Below, piece by piece: positions 15,698 through 25,010 of a stretch of 64,000 nt of DNA (its first letter is position 1; every line of letters starts with the position of its first letter). The stretch is taken from NCBI RefSeq assembly GCF_036563435.1, contig NZ_DATCMJ010000006.1, forward strand, positions 63,995 to 127,994, read 5' to 3'. Below the pieces are notes generated by a model. It did not search any database and was not told where the DNA came from. It saw only the letters and a program-made list of their open reading frames with translations. The DNA comes from Devosia sp. (GTDB lineage: Bacteria; Pseudomonadota; Alphaproteobacteria; Rhizobiales; Devosiaceae). The translations under genes and the position numbers were made by a program.

Positions 15698-16195
15698 TCA
15701 GACAAGAGATTTGAACATCACAAAACTGTCCACATAGCCGTGGACCGGGTGATGAAAGGCCATTGGGAGAGTACCCACGATCTCGAAGCCCAAGCCGCGC
15801 CAGAGGTTTACGGCACGATTGTTGGTGGACACGACGTGGTTGAACTGCATGGCCCGAAAACCACGCTCCTTCGCCCGCGCCAGGGAGTGTTCGCACATCG
15901 TCCGCGCCACGCCGCGTCCCTGGGCTGCGGCGGCAGTCATGTAGCCGCAATTGGCCACATGCGCACCGCCACCTTGCTGGTTAGCCATCAGGTAATAGGT
16001 GCCAAGCAGTTTGCCATCGGCTTCGGCAACGAACACTTCATGCGTCGGACCGAACCAGTAGGCTGCAACGCCCGCCCTATCGAGATCGCGCGCAATGGCA
16101 TAGGTCTCGCCCGCTGCCAGCACGGGCGTGACGATCTCCAGGACCGCTGGAATATCGGCTTCAGCGGCGGGACGGATGCGGATCATCTTCGTCAT
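15698..16195 (-). CDS. GNAT-family N-acetyltransferase
   Basis: Reads MTKMIRIRPAAEADIPAVLEI...MTAAAAQGRGVARTMCEHSLARAKERGFRAMQFNHVVSTNNRAVNLWRGLGF. The start (16195 or 16186) overlaps the 3' end of the upstream MFS gene. Confidence 0.85.
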   Translation of the reverse strand: MTKMIRIRPAAEADIPAVLEIVTPVLAAGETYAIARDLDRAGVAAYWFGPTHEVFVAEADGKLLGTYYLMANQQGGGAHVANCGYMTAAAAQGRGVARTMCEHSLARAKERGFRAMQFNHVVSTNNRAVNLWRGLGFEIVGTLPMAFHHPVHGYVDSFVMFKSLV

Positions 16196-17495
16196 CGATG
16201 GGCGCGATGCGGACCTGGCCGGGCGGCGGGGTCTCAGGAGTATGCGGATGATCGGCAACACTGGGGCGATGCCCCAGTTCGAAGCGCCAGGCGGCTATGC
16301 CAAATACCACAAGGGCGACAATCACGGCGCCGGCGCAAGCGATGAAGGGAGCGCCAGGGAAATAGTGCCCGGCTTCGGGGGCACTGGTATAATATGAAAA
16401 AATCTGGGTGGCAGCCAAGGGACCGATGATGGTCGCCAGCGAGCTGGCGGCGTTGACCGCTCCCTGCAGTTCCCCCTGGCTATTGTCCGGCACCTGCCTC
16501 GACAGAACGCCATTGATGGCGGGCGGCGCCATCCCGCTCACCGTGCCGACGGCGATGAACAGGTAGAGCTGGTAAACATCGGCCGAAAAGGCGATGCCGG
16601 CAAATGCCGCTGCAGCCGCCAGCAGCCCGACGATACCAACCGCCGGTTCGCCGAGACCTTTGGAGAGGGGAGCAGCCAATACGGCCTGGCTGAAGGCGAA
16701 ACCAATGCCGAAGGCGCCCAGCGTCCGGCCGATCGAGGACGAGGTGAAGTGGAACACCTCCACCGTGAAATAGCTGAAAATCGTGGGTAGCGCCTGCGTA
16801 GCGAGTTGCAGGAAGAACAGCACGACCAGCAGCCAAATCACTGCGGGATATTTCCGCAGGGCTGCCACGGCGCCGAACGGATTGGCACGGCGGATGTCGA
16901 ACTTCCGGCGGGAGGCCTTGGGCAGGCTTTCAGGCAGGACCAGCAAGCCAAAAAGGAAGTTGGCAAAAGCCAGGCCTGCGGCGGCATAGAAAGGCACACG
17001 CGGGCCAAGCTCGCCCAGCTCCCCGCCGATCACAGGCCCGATGATGAAGCCAAGACCGAAGGCCGCGCCGATCAGGCCAAAACGGTGGGTACGCTTATGG
17101 GGCGGAGTGATGTCGGCCATATAGGCCGTCGCCGTTGCCAGTGCGGCTCCGGCGATGCCGGCGATGACGCGGCCGATGAACAGGTACCAAACAAAGGGCG
17201 CGATCGACATCATGAGGTAGTCGAAGGTAAGGCCCAGCAGCGACGCCAGAAGAACCGGGCGGCGACCATAGCGGTCCGACAGGTTGCCTAGCACGGGCGA
17301 AAACACGAACTGCATGAAGGCATAGGCGAAAACCAGATAGCCGCCGATGACAGCCGCATTGGCGACGCTGCCGCCGGTGAGGTCTTCCAGCAATTCGGGC
17401 AGGACCGGCACGATGATGCCGACGCCGATCATGTCCAGAAGGATCGTGACCAGAATACAGGCAAGGGTCAGGCGTGAGCGGGTCGCTGCTTGCAT
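16161..17495 (-). CDS. MFS transporter (TetA/DHA1-like)
   Basis: About 12 hydrophobic segments. The loop 2-3 MFS motif GNLSDRYGRRPVLLASL is present. The start is at 17495 (MQAATRS) or 17516. Confidence 0.85.
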   Translation of the reverse strand: MQAATRSRLTLACILVTILLDMIGVGIIVPVLPELLEDLTGGSVANAAVIGGYLVFAYAFMQFVFSPVLGNLSDRYGRRPVLLASLLGLTFDYLMMSIAPFVWYLFIGRVIAGIAGAALATATAYMADITPPHKRTHRFGLIGAAFGLGFIIGPVIGGELGELGPRVPFYAAAGLAFANFLFGLLVLPESLPKASRRKFDIRRANPFGAVAALRKYPAVIWLLVVLFFLQLATQALPTIFSYFTVEVFHFTSSSIGRTLGAFGIGFAFSQAVLAAPLSKGLGEPAVGIVGLLAAAAAFAGIAFSADVYQLYLFIAVGTVSGMAPPAINGVLSRQVPDNSQGELQGAVNAASSLATIIGPLAATQIFSYYTSAPEAGHYFPGAPFIACAGAVIVALVVFGIAAWRFELGHRPSVADHPHTPETPPPGQVRIAPIDDEDDPHPSRR

Positions 17496-17602
17496 GCTGG
17501 GAGCGCAAACCTTCAATGTTTCAGTCGGCTGTGCCGCGCAGTTGACACAGGGTCATATGCCAAGGCAAGGCCGAAGGACGGGCAAGGTTCCATCCCTCTC
17601 CA

Positions 17603-18814
17603 TCAGCGCGATCTATCCTCGTGGGCAGGCGCGCTGGTATAATCTGGAACCTCATAGCCGTAGATCCAGGCGAGTCGGCTCAAGTGGCCACGACTCCCCC
17701 CCAGGGTGATGGCGAGGTCCCGCGCCAAGGTGAGCGGCCAGCGCATGTGGAAAATGCGACCGTTGGTCAGCGATGTGTTGGCGACACGCGCAACACGCTC
17801 CCGCCGCGCCAGCTCGTACTGGCTGAAGGCGGATTCTGTGTCCGCAGCGCCTTCCAGTGCAGCAGCAAGCACCGCCGCGTCTTCGATGCCCATGGCAGCG
17901 CCCTGCGCCTGGAACGGTACCATGGCATGAGCGGCATCACCGACAAGGGCGATGTTGCCGTCATGCCAGCGCGGCGTGGACACGGTATAGAGCGGCCAGG
18001 GCGTCCAGCTGTCGCCGGCCGCGGCCAGCAGAACTTCGGTCGCCGCACCGCGGCGCGCCTCCTTGGGAAGCACCGGTTGTGTTCCTGCGGCATCGGGCTG
18101 CCTGTGTTCCGAGAAGAGAGCCAGGTTCACCTGCCGGCGGTGTGGCAGCGGATAGCAGACCAGATGGTAGTTCGGGCCCAGCAACACCGAGACGCTATCC
18201 GGCCGGATCTGGCTTAAGATTGAGTCGGCGGGCACGAGGGTGCGCCAGGCGATACGATTGCCATACCGCGCTGCATCGCCACCGAGAACCGCAGTGCGGG
18301 TCTTGGAGTGAACTCCATCCGCGCCGATGAAAGCGTCACCTCGGCTGGTGCGGCTCTGCCCGTCAGTCTCGTCGATGGAGACGGTGACGCCTCGGGCATG
18401 CGATACCACATCCCAGGAGCGGACGCCGAAGACGAGATCGATCCGCGCATGACGACGGCAGGCCTTGTAGAGCACGTCGGCAAGATCGGCCCGGTGCATC
18501 ACCGCGTAAGGGGCGCCGAAGCGCTCGCGCATGATGACGCCCATTTCCATGGTGACCAGCGGCCGCGAGCCGCCGGCAAATACGTCCAGTCCCTTCGGAT
18601 CGAGGCTCCGCGCCGTCAGCGCCGCGCCGAGGCCCAGCCTGTTGAGGATCTTTCGTGCATTGGGACTGACCTGGAGCCCGGCGCCGAACTCGGAGACAGC
18701 GGCAGCGCGCTCGAGCACAACCACACTCGCGCCGCGTTGGGCGAGCGAAAGAGCAAGAGTCAGGCCGGATATGCCGGCGCCGGCAACAAAAAAGGTCTGC
18801 CCATCAAGGGGCAT
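17603..18814 (-). CDS. FAD-dependent aromatic-ring monooxygenase (salicylate / 3-hydroxybenzoate hydroxylase-like)
   Basis: FFVAGAGISGLTLALSLAQRGASVVVLE is the GxGxxG dinucleotide fold. Also GADGVHSKTR and ALVGDAAHAMVPFQAQGAAMGIEDA. Confidence 0.85.
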   Translation of the reverse strand: MPLDGQTFFVAGAGISGLTLALSLAQRGASVVVLERAAAVSEFGAGLQVSPNARKILNRLGLGAALTARSLDPKGLDVFAGGSRPLVTMEMGVIMRERFGAPYAVMHRADLADVLYKACRRHARIDLVFGVRSWDVVSHARGVTVSIDETDGQSRTSRGDAFIGADGVHSKTRTAVLGGDAARYGNRIAWRTLVPADSILSQIRPDSVSVLLGPNYHLVCYPLPHRRQVNLALFSEHRQPDAAGTQPVLPKEARRGAATEVLLAAAGDSWTPWPLYTVSTPRWHDGNIALVGDAAHAMVPFQAQGAAMGIEDAAVLAAALEGAADTESAFSQYELARRERVARVANTSLTNGRIFHMRWPLTLARDLAITLGGSRGHLSRLAWIYGYEVPDYTSAPAHEDRSR

Positions 18815-18823
18815 GGTTCAGCC

Positions 18824-19063
18824 TCAGGCGGCCTGGACGAGTGCCGATGACGGGTTCGCCGTGCCCGCTTCGAGGCGGGAGTTATATACGAAGTGGGTCG
18901 AGCAGTAGGGGCAGACGATCTCGCTGTCCTTGCCCATGTCGAGGTAGATATGGGGGTGATCGAATGGCGGAAGTGCGCCCACGCACTGGAATTCCTTGGA
19001 GCCGACCTCGATCTGGCGAAGGCCTTCAGTGTTATGGAAATGGGGCGTTGGGCCGTGTGCCAT
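18824..19063 (-). CDS. Zinc-finger domain protein (NDUFS6-like zf-CHCC)
   Basis: Trimmed to ATG 19063. It reads MAHGPTPHFHNTEGLRQIEVGSKEFQCVGALPPFDHPHIYLDMGKDSEIVCPYCSTHFVY. Confidence 0.75.
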   Translation of the reverse strand: MAHGPTPHFHNTEGLRQIEVGSKEFQCVGALPPFDHPHIYLDMGKDSEIVCPYCSTHFVYNSRLEAGTANPSSALVQAA

Positions 19064-19199
19064 GACGATAAACCTGTTTGATTTGCGCGGACCATATGCC
19101 AAGGACGGCGCGAAAGAAAGAGTTAGCACCACCGCTCGAAAGAGCCTCGTCCGGTGCTTCATACGCTATCACATTGCTAACATCTGGGACGGATCTGCC

Positions 19200-19961
19200 T
19201 TGCCTCGCTACCAGTCGGACGGATTGAGCCTCGCCTACCAGACTTTCGGCGACGGACCGCCGGTGCTGTGCATCCACGGCTTCGCCTCGAGCGGCAAGGT
19301 CAACTGGATCGACACGGGCTGGGTCGAGACGCTGACGGGTGCCGGCTACCGCGCCATCACGCTCGACAACCGTGGCCACGGCGACTCGGACAAGCCCTAT
19401 GATCCGGAGCAGTATTATCCGCAAGCGATGGCAGGCGATGCACTGGCGCTGCTGGATCATCTCGGAATCGAGCGGGCAGCGGTGCTGGGTTACTCCATGG
19501 GCGCGCGGATCAGCGCCTTCCTTGCCTTCGAGCATGAGGAGCGCGTCGCCTGCGCCATTTTCGGCGGCATGGGGATGAACCTCATCAATGGCCTGACTGA
19601 TGGCAACGACATCATTTCCGGCCTGCTGGCGCCGACGCTGGCCGGCCTGACGCATCCGACAGCGCGCCAGTTCCGCATTTTTGCCGAACATACCGGCGCC
19701 GACCGGGAAGCCTTGGCGGCCTGCATGGAAACGTCGCGACAGCCGATGGCCCGCGCGGATGTCCGCCGCATCAACATGCCCGTGCTGGTCGCCGTCGGCG
19801 AGGCGGACGAGATGGCTGGTTCGCCCGCACCACTGGCAGAATTGCTGCCGCAGGGTGAGGCCTTCGTGATCCCCAAGCGCGACCATATGCGGGCAACGGG
19901 CGACAAGGCGTTCAAAGCTGCTGCGCTCGGCTTTCTGGGCAAGACGTTCCCGGTTCGGTGA
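19200..19961 (+). CDS. Alpha/beta-fold hydrolase
   Basis: Contains LAYQTFGDGPPVLCIHGFASS and the nucleophile elbow GYSMGA. The ORF-track N-terminus overlaps the divergent Zn-finger gene, so I propose a TTG start at 19200 (uncertain). Confidence 0.8.
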   Translation: MPRYQSDGLSLAYQTFGDGPPVLCIHGFASSGKVNWIDTGWVETLTGAGYRAITLDNRGHGDSDKPYDPEQYYPQAMAGDALALLDHLGIERAAVLGYSMGARISAFLAFEHEERVACAIFGGMGMNLINGLTDGNDIISGLLAPTLAGLTHPTARQFRIFAEHTGADREALAACMETSRQPMARADVRRINMPVLVAVGEADEMAGSPAPLAELLPQGEAFVIPKRDHMRATGDKAFKAAALGFLGKTFPVR

Positions 19962-20048
19962 CATTCGTGAACCAATTGCCCGTCCATGACTTTGTTTGTG
20001 GAAGTGGTTAGCCTATATCGGTAGCTGTCGATGAAGCGGAGACGCCCG

Positions 20049-20885
20049 ATGTCAGCAAGCGCGACCAAGTCAGCTGGACTGCAGTCCGTGGACCCGGTTT
20101 GGGACGCGGTGCGTGCCGGCGCGCGCCAGATCGTGGCGTCGGAGCCTTCCCTGGCCAACATGGCCGTTTCCGCTATTCTGAACCACGATAGCTTCGAGCA
20201 GGCGCTGGCTCACCGGCTGGCCGCGCGGCTGGACCATGACGACGTCTCTGCCGACCTGATCCGCCAGGCTTTCGCCGAGACGCTGGTGGATGCGCCAGAG
20301 ATCGGCGAATTCGCCCGTGTGGACTTGGCTGCGACGCTGGAGCGCGATCCCGCCTGCCATCGTGCAATCGAGCCACTGCTCTACTTCAAGGGCTACCAGG
20401 CCATCCAGACTCATCGGTTCGCCCATGCCATGCTGAAGGCTGGCCGCCGCGACTTCGCGCTCTATCTGCAGAGCCGGTCGAGCCAAGTGTTCCAGGTCGA
20501 TATCAACCCCGCTGTTGCCATGGGCAAGGGGATCATGCTTGACCACGGCACAGGGCTGGTAATCGGCGAGACGGCAACCATTGGCGACAATGTCTCCATG
20601 CTGCAGAACGTGACGCTGGGCGGCACGGGCAAATCGGACCAGGACCGGCATCCCAAGATCGGCAACGGCGTGCTGATCGGGGCAGGCGCCAAGGTGCTGG
20701 GCAATATCAGGATCGGCGACTGCTCGCGCATCGGGGCCGGCTCGGTGGTCCTCAAGGAAGTCCCTCCACGCGTGACTGTCGCCGGTGTTCCGGCCAAGGT
20801 CATTGGGGAGGCCGGTTGCGCTCAACCGGCACTGGTCATGGACCAGATGGTGCTGGTGCACGATCTTAACGCCGAGCGAAGCTAG
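20049..20885 (+). CDS. cysE: Serine O-acetyltransferase
   Basis: Contains LERDPACHRAIEPLLYFKGYQAIQTHRFAH. The hexapeptide-repeat region reads GIMLDHGTGLVIGETATIGDNVSMLQNVTLGGTGK...RHPKIGNGVLIGAGAKVLGNIRIGD. Confidence 0.92.
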   Translation: MSASATKSAGLQSVDPVWDAVRAGARQIVASEPSLANMAVSAILNHDSFEQALAHRLAARLDHDDVSADLIRQAFAETLVDAPEIGEFARVDLAATLERDPACHRAIEPLLYFKGYQAIQTHRFAHAMLKAGRRDFALYLQSRSSQVFQVDINPAVAMGKGIMLDHGTGLVIGETATIGDNVSMLQNVTLGGTGKSDQDRHPKIGNGVLIGAGAKVLGNIRIGDCSRIGAGSVVLKEVPPRVTVAGVPAKVIGEAGCAQPALVMDQMVLVHDLNAERS

Positions 20886-21033
20886 CGCCGATACTTCCCA
20901 TCGGAATGGCTGCAGCGTTGGCGGGCAAGCGCGCATCACATGTTGTCACCGCTAAAATGGCACCGTTGCGGGGTTGTCAGCGTTTAGCCTGTGACTAGAT
21001 TGCGGCCTCAACCAAATCAGCAGGACTTTCCCA

Positions 21034-21252
21034 GTGAACCATCCCGAGATCATCAAGCTGCAGAAGTTCTTGCAGCTGAAGTTCAACAACAAGAACATCG
21101 ACGTGCGGCCGCGCGCCAAGCTCAATGACTCTGTCGAAGTTTTTATCGGCGATGAATCGATCGGGCTTATCCACGCGGACGACGAGGACGGCGACAAGTC
21201 CTACATCTTCAACATGTCGATCCTCGACATCGACCTGGATGACGTCGGCTAA
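21034..21252 (+). CDS. DUF3126-family small protein
   Basis: MNHPEIIKLQKFLQLKFNNKNIDVRPRAKLNDSVEVFIGDESIGLIHADDEDGDKSYIFNMSILDIDL matches the pattern of the alphaproteobacterial DUF3126 family as I recall it. Confidence 0.75.
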   Translation: MNHPEIIKLQKFLQLKFNNKNIDVRPRAKLNDSVEVFIGDESIGLIHADDEDGDKSYIFNMSILDIDLDDVG

Positions 21253-21257
21253 CCAAG

Positions 21258-21287
21258 AAATCCCCGCCTTCGAGCGGGGATTTTCTT
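21258..21287 (+). terminator. Rho-independent terminator
   Basis: aaatccccgc-cttcga-gcggggattt is followed by a T-rich tail. Confidence 0.7.
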
Positions 21288-21294
21288 TAGGCGC

Positions 21295-21981
21295 TTACCA
21301 AGCGCCGATCGGGCGCAGCCACAGCGCCATCTGGTCGTCGAACTGGCGCCAATGCTCGAGCAACCGGGCATCGAATGTGTAGACAGCGGCGATGCCGCTG
21401 GCCAAGTGAACCGTCCGCACACATTGCGCGCCAGCGTCCGGCGTCACCGGCTGCTGGCATTTGGCCACGAAGGGGTTGGGCGAAAGCGCATCATACCAAA
21501 CCGTCTCGCCGGCGTACCCGACCGTGCCATTCATGGGCTTGCCCACGAGGCCAGGAACGCCCGAGAGATTTTCGTTCGCAAACTGGTGCAGATAGACTCG
21601 GTCGAGCAGGCTAGCGCTGGCGCGAGCGCGGCTGCGCGGCAGCAGCGTGACATTCACCCAGGCTGGTGGAGCACCCGCCTCAGGGGCAAAGCCAAGCTTG
21701 AGATCGATCTGGTCGGTAAAACCGCTGCGGATTTGTTCGCCGAAGCGGAACCAGCTCGTGGGAATCGCCAGATCCTTGCCGGAGATGGTCTGCGTCACGT
21801 TCTCCGTGTCACCCAGGGTTGGCGTGCGAACTTGATCGCCGCGGCCCAGCATATCGATCAGATAGGCTGTTCCTACCGCCAGCAGCAGCACCAGAACCCC
21901 GATCGTCAGCAGGTTGTAGACCATGCCGGACCGCGTCGGCTCTTGGCCTGAGACCGCCGATTGGGAAGACACGTCCAGCAT
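21295..21981 (-). CDS. Hypothetical protein with a single N-terminal membrane anchor
   Basis: A coherent 228-aa ORF. The hydrophobic helix is VYNLLTIGVLVLLLAVGTAYLI, followed by a soluble domain. I recognise no family. An alternative start lies at 21924. Confidence 0.55.
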   Translation of the reverse strand: MLDVSSQSAVSGQEPTRSGMVYNLLTIGVLVLLLAVGTAYLIDMLGRGDQVRTPTLGDTENVTQTISGKDLAIPTSWFRFGEQIRSGFTDQIDLKLGFAPEAGAPPAWVNVTLLPRSRARASASLLDRVYLHQFANENLSGVPGLVGKPMNGTVGYAGETVWYDALSPNPFVAKCQQPVTPDAGAQCVRTVHLASGIAAVYTFDARLLEHWRQFDDQMALWLRPIGAW

Positions 21982-22082
21982 TAACCAGTTTCTCGGAGGG
22001 GAGGTGACAGGTCATGGAGCGCCCAATATGCTTAATGATGTGTTAACGAGGCTGCCCAGCGCAGCCAGAATGGGCGGATGGC

Positions 22083-22403
22083 ATGACCAAGGAATTGTTG
22101 GCAGCAGCGTTTTCCATCGGCATGGGACTGTGCATGGCCGGAGTCGTGACGCACCTTTACCAGCTGCTGTTCAAGCAGCCGGCCATGCTGCGCTACGACG
22201 GCGAGACGTTCTTGGCCTCCATGGGTCATCTGGCGATGAGTTTCGTTTGCGGCCCCTACATCATGCTGCAGACGGGCTGGACGCCTGCGAAGGACGGAAC
22301 GATCTCGACGAGTTCGGCGCTGCTCTCCGCCATGGTCGGCTTCAGCTGGGCGTTCCTTACCGGCCTGCTGTTTCTTGGAACCTATGCGTCGATCGGCATC
22401 TGA
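22083..22403 (+). CDS. Hypothetical small integral membrane protein
   Basis: 106 aa with 3 or more hydrophobic helices (LLAAAFSIGMGLCMAGVV, HLAMSFVCGPYIML, LLSAMVGFSWAFLTGLLFLG). Confidence 0.55.
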   Translation: MTKELLAAAFSIGMGLCMAGVVTHLYQLLFKQPAMLRYDGETFLASMGHLAMSFVCGPYIMLQTGWTPAKDGTISTSSALLSAMVGFSWAFLTGLLFLGTYASIGI

Positions 22404-22417
22404 CGGATTAGCGTCCT

Positions 22418-22460
22418 CAAACAACAAGGCCAGCCGTCAAGCGGCTGGCCTTGTTGTTTG
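22418..22460. terminator. Bidirectional terminator-like hairpin with a 19-bp perfect stem
   Basis: caaacaacaaggccagccg-tcaag-cggctggccttgttgtttg lies between convergent genes ending at 22403 (plus) and 22509 (minus). Confidence 0.65.
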
Positions 22461-22508
22461 AAACCCTTGTCAGGGTAGGTGGGCTTCGGAGATTGGGATC
22501 GCTTTCGC

Positions 22509-23135
22509 CTACTGGATCGCGGCCGTGATGGTGACGTCGCGGTCGTCCATCATGTCGACCCACTGGCCCGCATTGGCCTGCGACTGGCGCTTGATGAACT
22601 TGTAGGGGGTCTGGCTCCACAGGTCGACAGAGCCAATCTGGTTGTCGAGCACCAGGTCGCCGCGGTCGGTACGCACCAGCAGCACGGCGTGACCATCGCC
22701 ATTGGCCTGCTTGACGACAGTCATCAGCAGCGTGCTGGCGGGCCAGCCGGCATTAATCAGTTCGCGGCGCTTGGCCAGCGCGAAGTCTTCACAGTCGCCA
22801 TAGCCGTTGGGGTAGGTCCAGAACTCGGACACCTGATAAAGCTGCTCGTCGGTGACGGGTGTTACGGTCTGGTTGACATAGGCGTTGATGTTGAGGAGCT
22901 GCTGCCAGAGCTGCTCGTCCAGGGCTACCGCCGATACAGGCTTGGCATGCGCGGTGCACTCAGCCGGACGAGCCTTGCAGAATTCGAGGTGGCCGACAGG
23001 GATGCTGGTGGCGACTGTGCCCGTCTGAACAAAGGCGACGTTGGTCGTGTCCAATGCATGGGCCGGGGCGGCTAAGGCAGCAAGCGCCAGCACGGCGCCC
23101 AACACATTCCGCAGTCCCTTGTCGATCGAAAACAT
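22509..23135 (-). CDS. Periplasmic transglutaminase-like cysteine peptidase (BTLCP / LapG-like, DUF920)
   Basis: The signal peptide is LGAVLALAALAAPAHA. The catalytic region reads WTYPNGYGDCEDFALAKRRELINAGWP...GDGHAVLLVRTDRGDLVLDNQ, giving the C-H-D triad context. Confidence 0.85.
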   Translation of the reverse strand: MFSIDKGLRNVLGAVLALAALAAPAHALDTTNVAFVQTGTVATSIPVGHLEFCKARPAECTAHAKPVSAVALDEQLWQQLLNINAYVNQTVTPVTDEQLYQVSEFWTYPNGYGDCEDFALAKRRELINAGWPASTLLMTVVKQANGDGHAVLLVRTDRGDLVLDNQIGSVDLWSQTPYKFIKRQSQANAGQWVDMMDDRDVTITAAIQ

Positions 23136-23411
23136 CGTGTGATCTCCCTGATGGAGACCACGTTAGAAGCGGCCACTTAGGGCGATCGGAAAACTGCAAT
23201 GCAGATTTTATGCGTGTTTTATCGATTGGATTCGGCTGCGGTTAACCATGGAGGGGTGGAGGAGTCTTTGCTGGCCACCTGCTCCTAGCCTGCCTGTCCT
23301 AAGGGAGGAACAGACCGAGGGCGTGTAGCATTCGTGCCATTCGGGCATAGCCCTTATGGCCTGCTCGCCTCAAATCGATCCCCTGGATCGGTTTACCCTA
23401 GGGAACGGCTC

Positions 23412-24044
23412 TCAGTTCATCCGCAGGTTCTGCTGAATGACCGTCAGCATTTCCTGTGCGGAGGCAAATTCCACGGCGACGCCGTTCTGGAAATGGCGGA
23501 CGACGCGCGCCCGCATGCGGCCCAGCGTGACCGGCGTGCCCATTGCCGGCCGCACGTCGAGTTCGATAGCGGCGCCCGAGAGCGAGATATCGATGATCTT
23601 GCAGTTGTAGCGGCGTCCGTCATCGAGCACGACGGTGGAGTGGCGGATATCGGGGACGACACGTTCGTGCCGCCGATCTTCGGGCAGATCGAGGATGTCC
23701 TTGTTGGCCAGCCAGGTGAGTTGGGCCGCCAGTTTGTCCCGCTTGCGCGGTGAGGCGGAGATGTCCATTTCGAACCCGCCTTCGGCCTGGCTCTGAATCG
23801 TGCCTTCGATGCGACCGATATGGTCGATATAGGCAATGACCTTCTCGCCGTCCTGGCCCGGAACGGGGGCGACTACCAAGGCGTCGCCGGGCGACATTTC
23901 GAGGATCTGGCAGGGAAATTCACGCCGGTCGGCGAGCATATAGCGGCCCAGCACCGAAACCTTCACGCGCTGGAACTTGCCCGCATCCGCACGCGTGCGG
24001 TTGGGGGCAATAAACTGCGGTGAGGGAAGGTCGTCGCTCAGCAT
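23412..24044 (-). CDS. PilZ domain protein (two PilZ-like modules)
   Basis: The N-terminal module reads RTRADAGKFQRVKVSVLGRYML...CQILEMSPGDALV. The second reads DRRHERVVPDIRHSTVVLDDGRRYNCKIIDISLSGAAIE, which shows the RxxxR and D/NxSxxG c-di-GMP-binding motifs. Confidence 0.8.
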   Translation of the reverse strand: MLSDDLPSPQFIAPNRTRADAGKFQRVKVSVLGRYMLADRREFPCQILEMSPGDALVVAPVPGQDGEKVIAYIDHIGRIEGTIQSQAEGGFEMDISASPRKRDKLAAQLTWLANKDILDLPEDRRHERVVPDIRHSTVVLDDGRRYNCKIIDISLSGAAIELDVRPAMGTPVTLGRMRARVVRHFQNGVAVEFASAQEMLTVIQQNLRMN

Positions 24045-24174
24045 TCACCAGACCGCCAGCACATTCGATTACTTGCGCAAACCTAACCGCTTCTGGTTAA
24101 CGCAAGGTGACAAATACCTGACATGCCGTTCCGCAAGTCAGTATGCAATGGCGCTGATTTGACGAAAATGCCGA

Positions 24175-24828
24175 TTACTGGCGACCGCCGTCAATTACGG
24201 CAAGATGGGCGTAGCGACGTGCGGTACGACCATAGACCACAGCAGGCAGGCCCATCGGCGAAGCGCCGCCGCTGAAGCTGCTCTCGTTGACGACACTCGC
24301 CGCCACTTCGCGCACCGAGTCTTCCGTGCCCATGTCATCGGGCCAGATCAGGCGCAGCCCGGTGATGCGCTGTTCCATGATCGGCTGCACGCCCAGCCAG
24401 TAGGGCTCTTCCAGTGCCGTCATCGCGCCAAGCAACCGCGTATGTGTCGAGCCGTTGTGACGCAGCGGCATCAGGATGGTTTCAAAGCTGACCTTGGTGT
24501 GCAGGGCAGTGGTGCCCTGGAAGGTCACCAGGGCGACGGCATGATCTTCGGTGACAGCCCGGATCAGTGTGTCCATGGCGTCGTGGTCGCGCTCGTGCCA
24601 GAGGGCGCTGAAGGAGCGGCCCTTGAGCTCGCGGCAATAGCTGGTGCAAAGATGGGACCCGGCGAGGCGGAAGGAGAACTTGTCGCTCTCGTCGAGTTCC
24701 AGAATGAACGTGTTGGCCAGTGCCTCGCGAATGCGCGTCGGATCGATATCCTTGCGGTCGGGTGCGCTACGCGAACCTCGGATCGAGTTCCAGTATTCGT
24801 AAAGCGTTCTGGTGCTGTTCTTTTGCAT
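24175..24828 (-). CDS. PAS_5 (DUF1457-type) PAS domain protein
   Basis: LYEYWNSIRGSRSAPDRKDIDPTRIREALANTFILELDESDKFSFRLAGSHLCTSYCRELKGRSF matches the family signature as I recall it. Confidence 0.75.
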   Translation of the reverse strand: MQKNSTRTLYEYWNSIRGSRSAPDRKDIDPTRIREALANTFILELDESDKFSFRLAGSHLCTSYCRELKGRSFSALWHERDHDAMDTLIRAVTEDHAVALVTFQGTTALHTKVSFETILMPLRHNGSTHTRLLGAMTALEEPYWLGVQPIMEQRITGLRLIWPDDMGTEDSVREVAASVVNESSFSGGASPMGLPAVVYGRTARRYAHLAVIDGGRQ

Positions 24829-25010
24829 TCTGATTGGACCCGATCAGCCTGTCGCCAGCGTTCCCCCCGTGGAACGCTTTCGCCGCTCCGAGACATTGGC
24901 AAAAGCCGGCGGCAAAAGCGCTCTTAAAGGAAAGTTAAGGTTAACGCGGGGGCTGCCATGTGGAAAAGAACAGCCAGAGGCGCAGGACGCCAGCGAGTCG
25001 GAGCGAAGCG

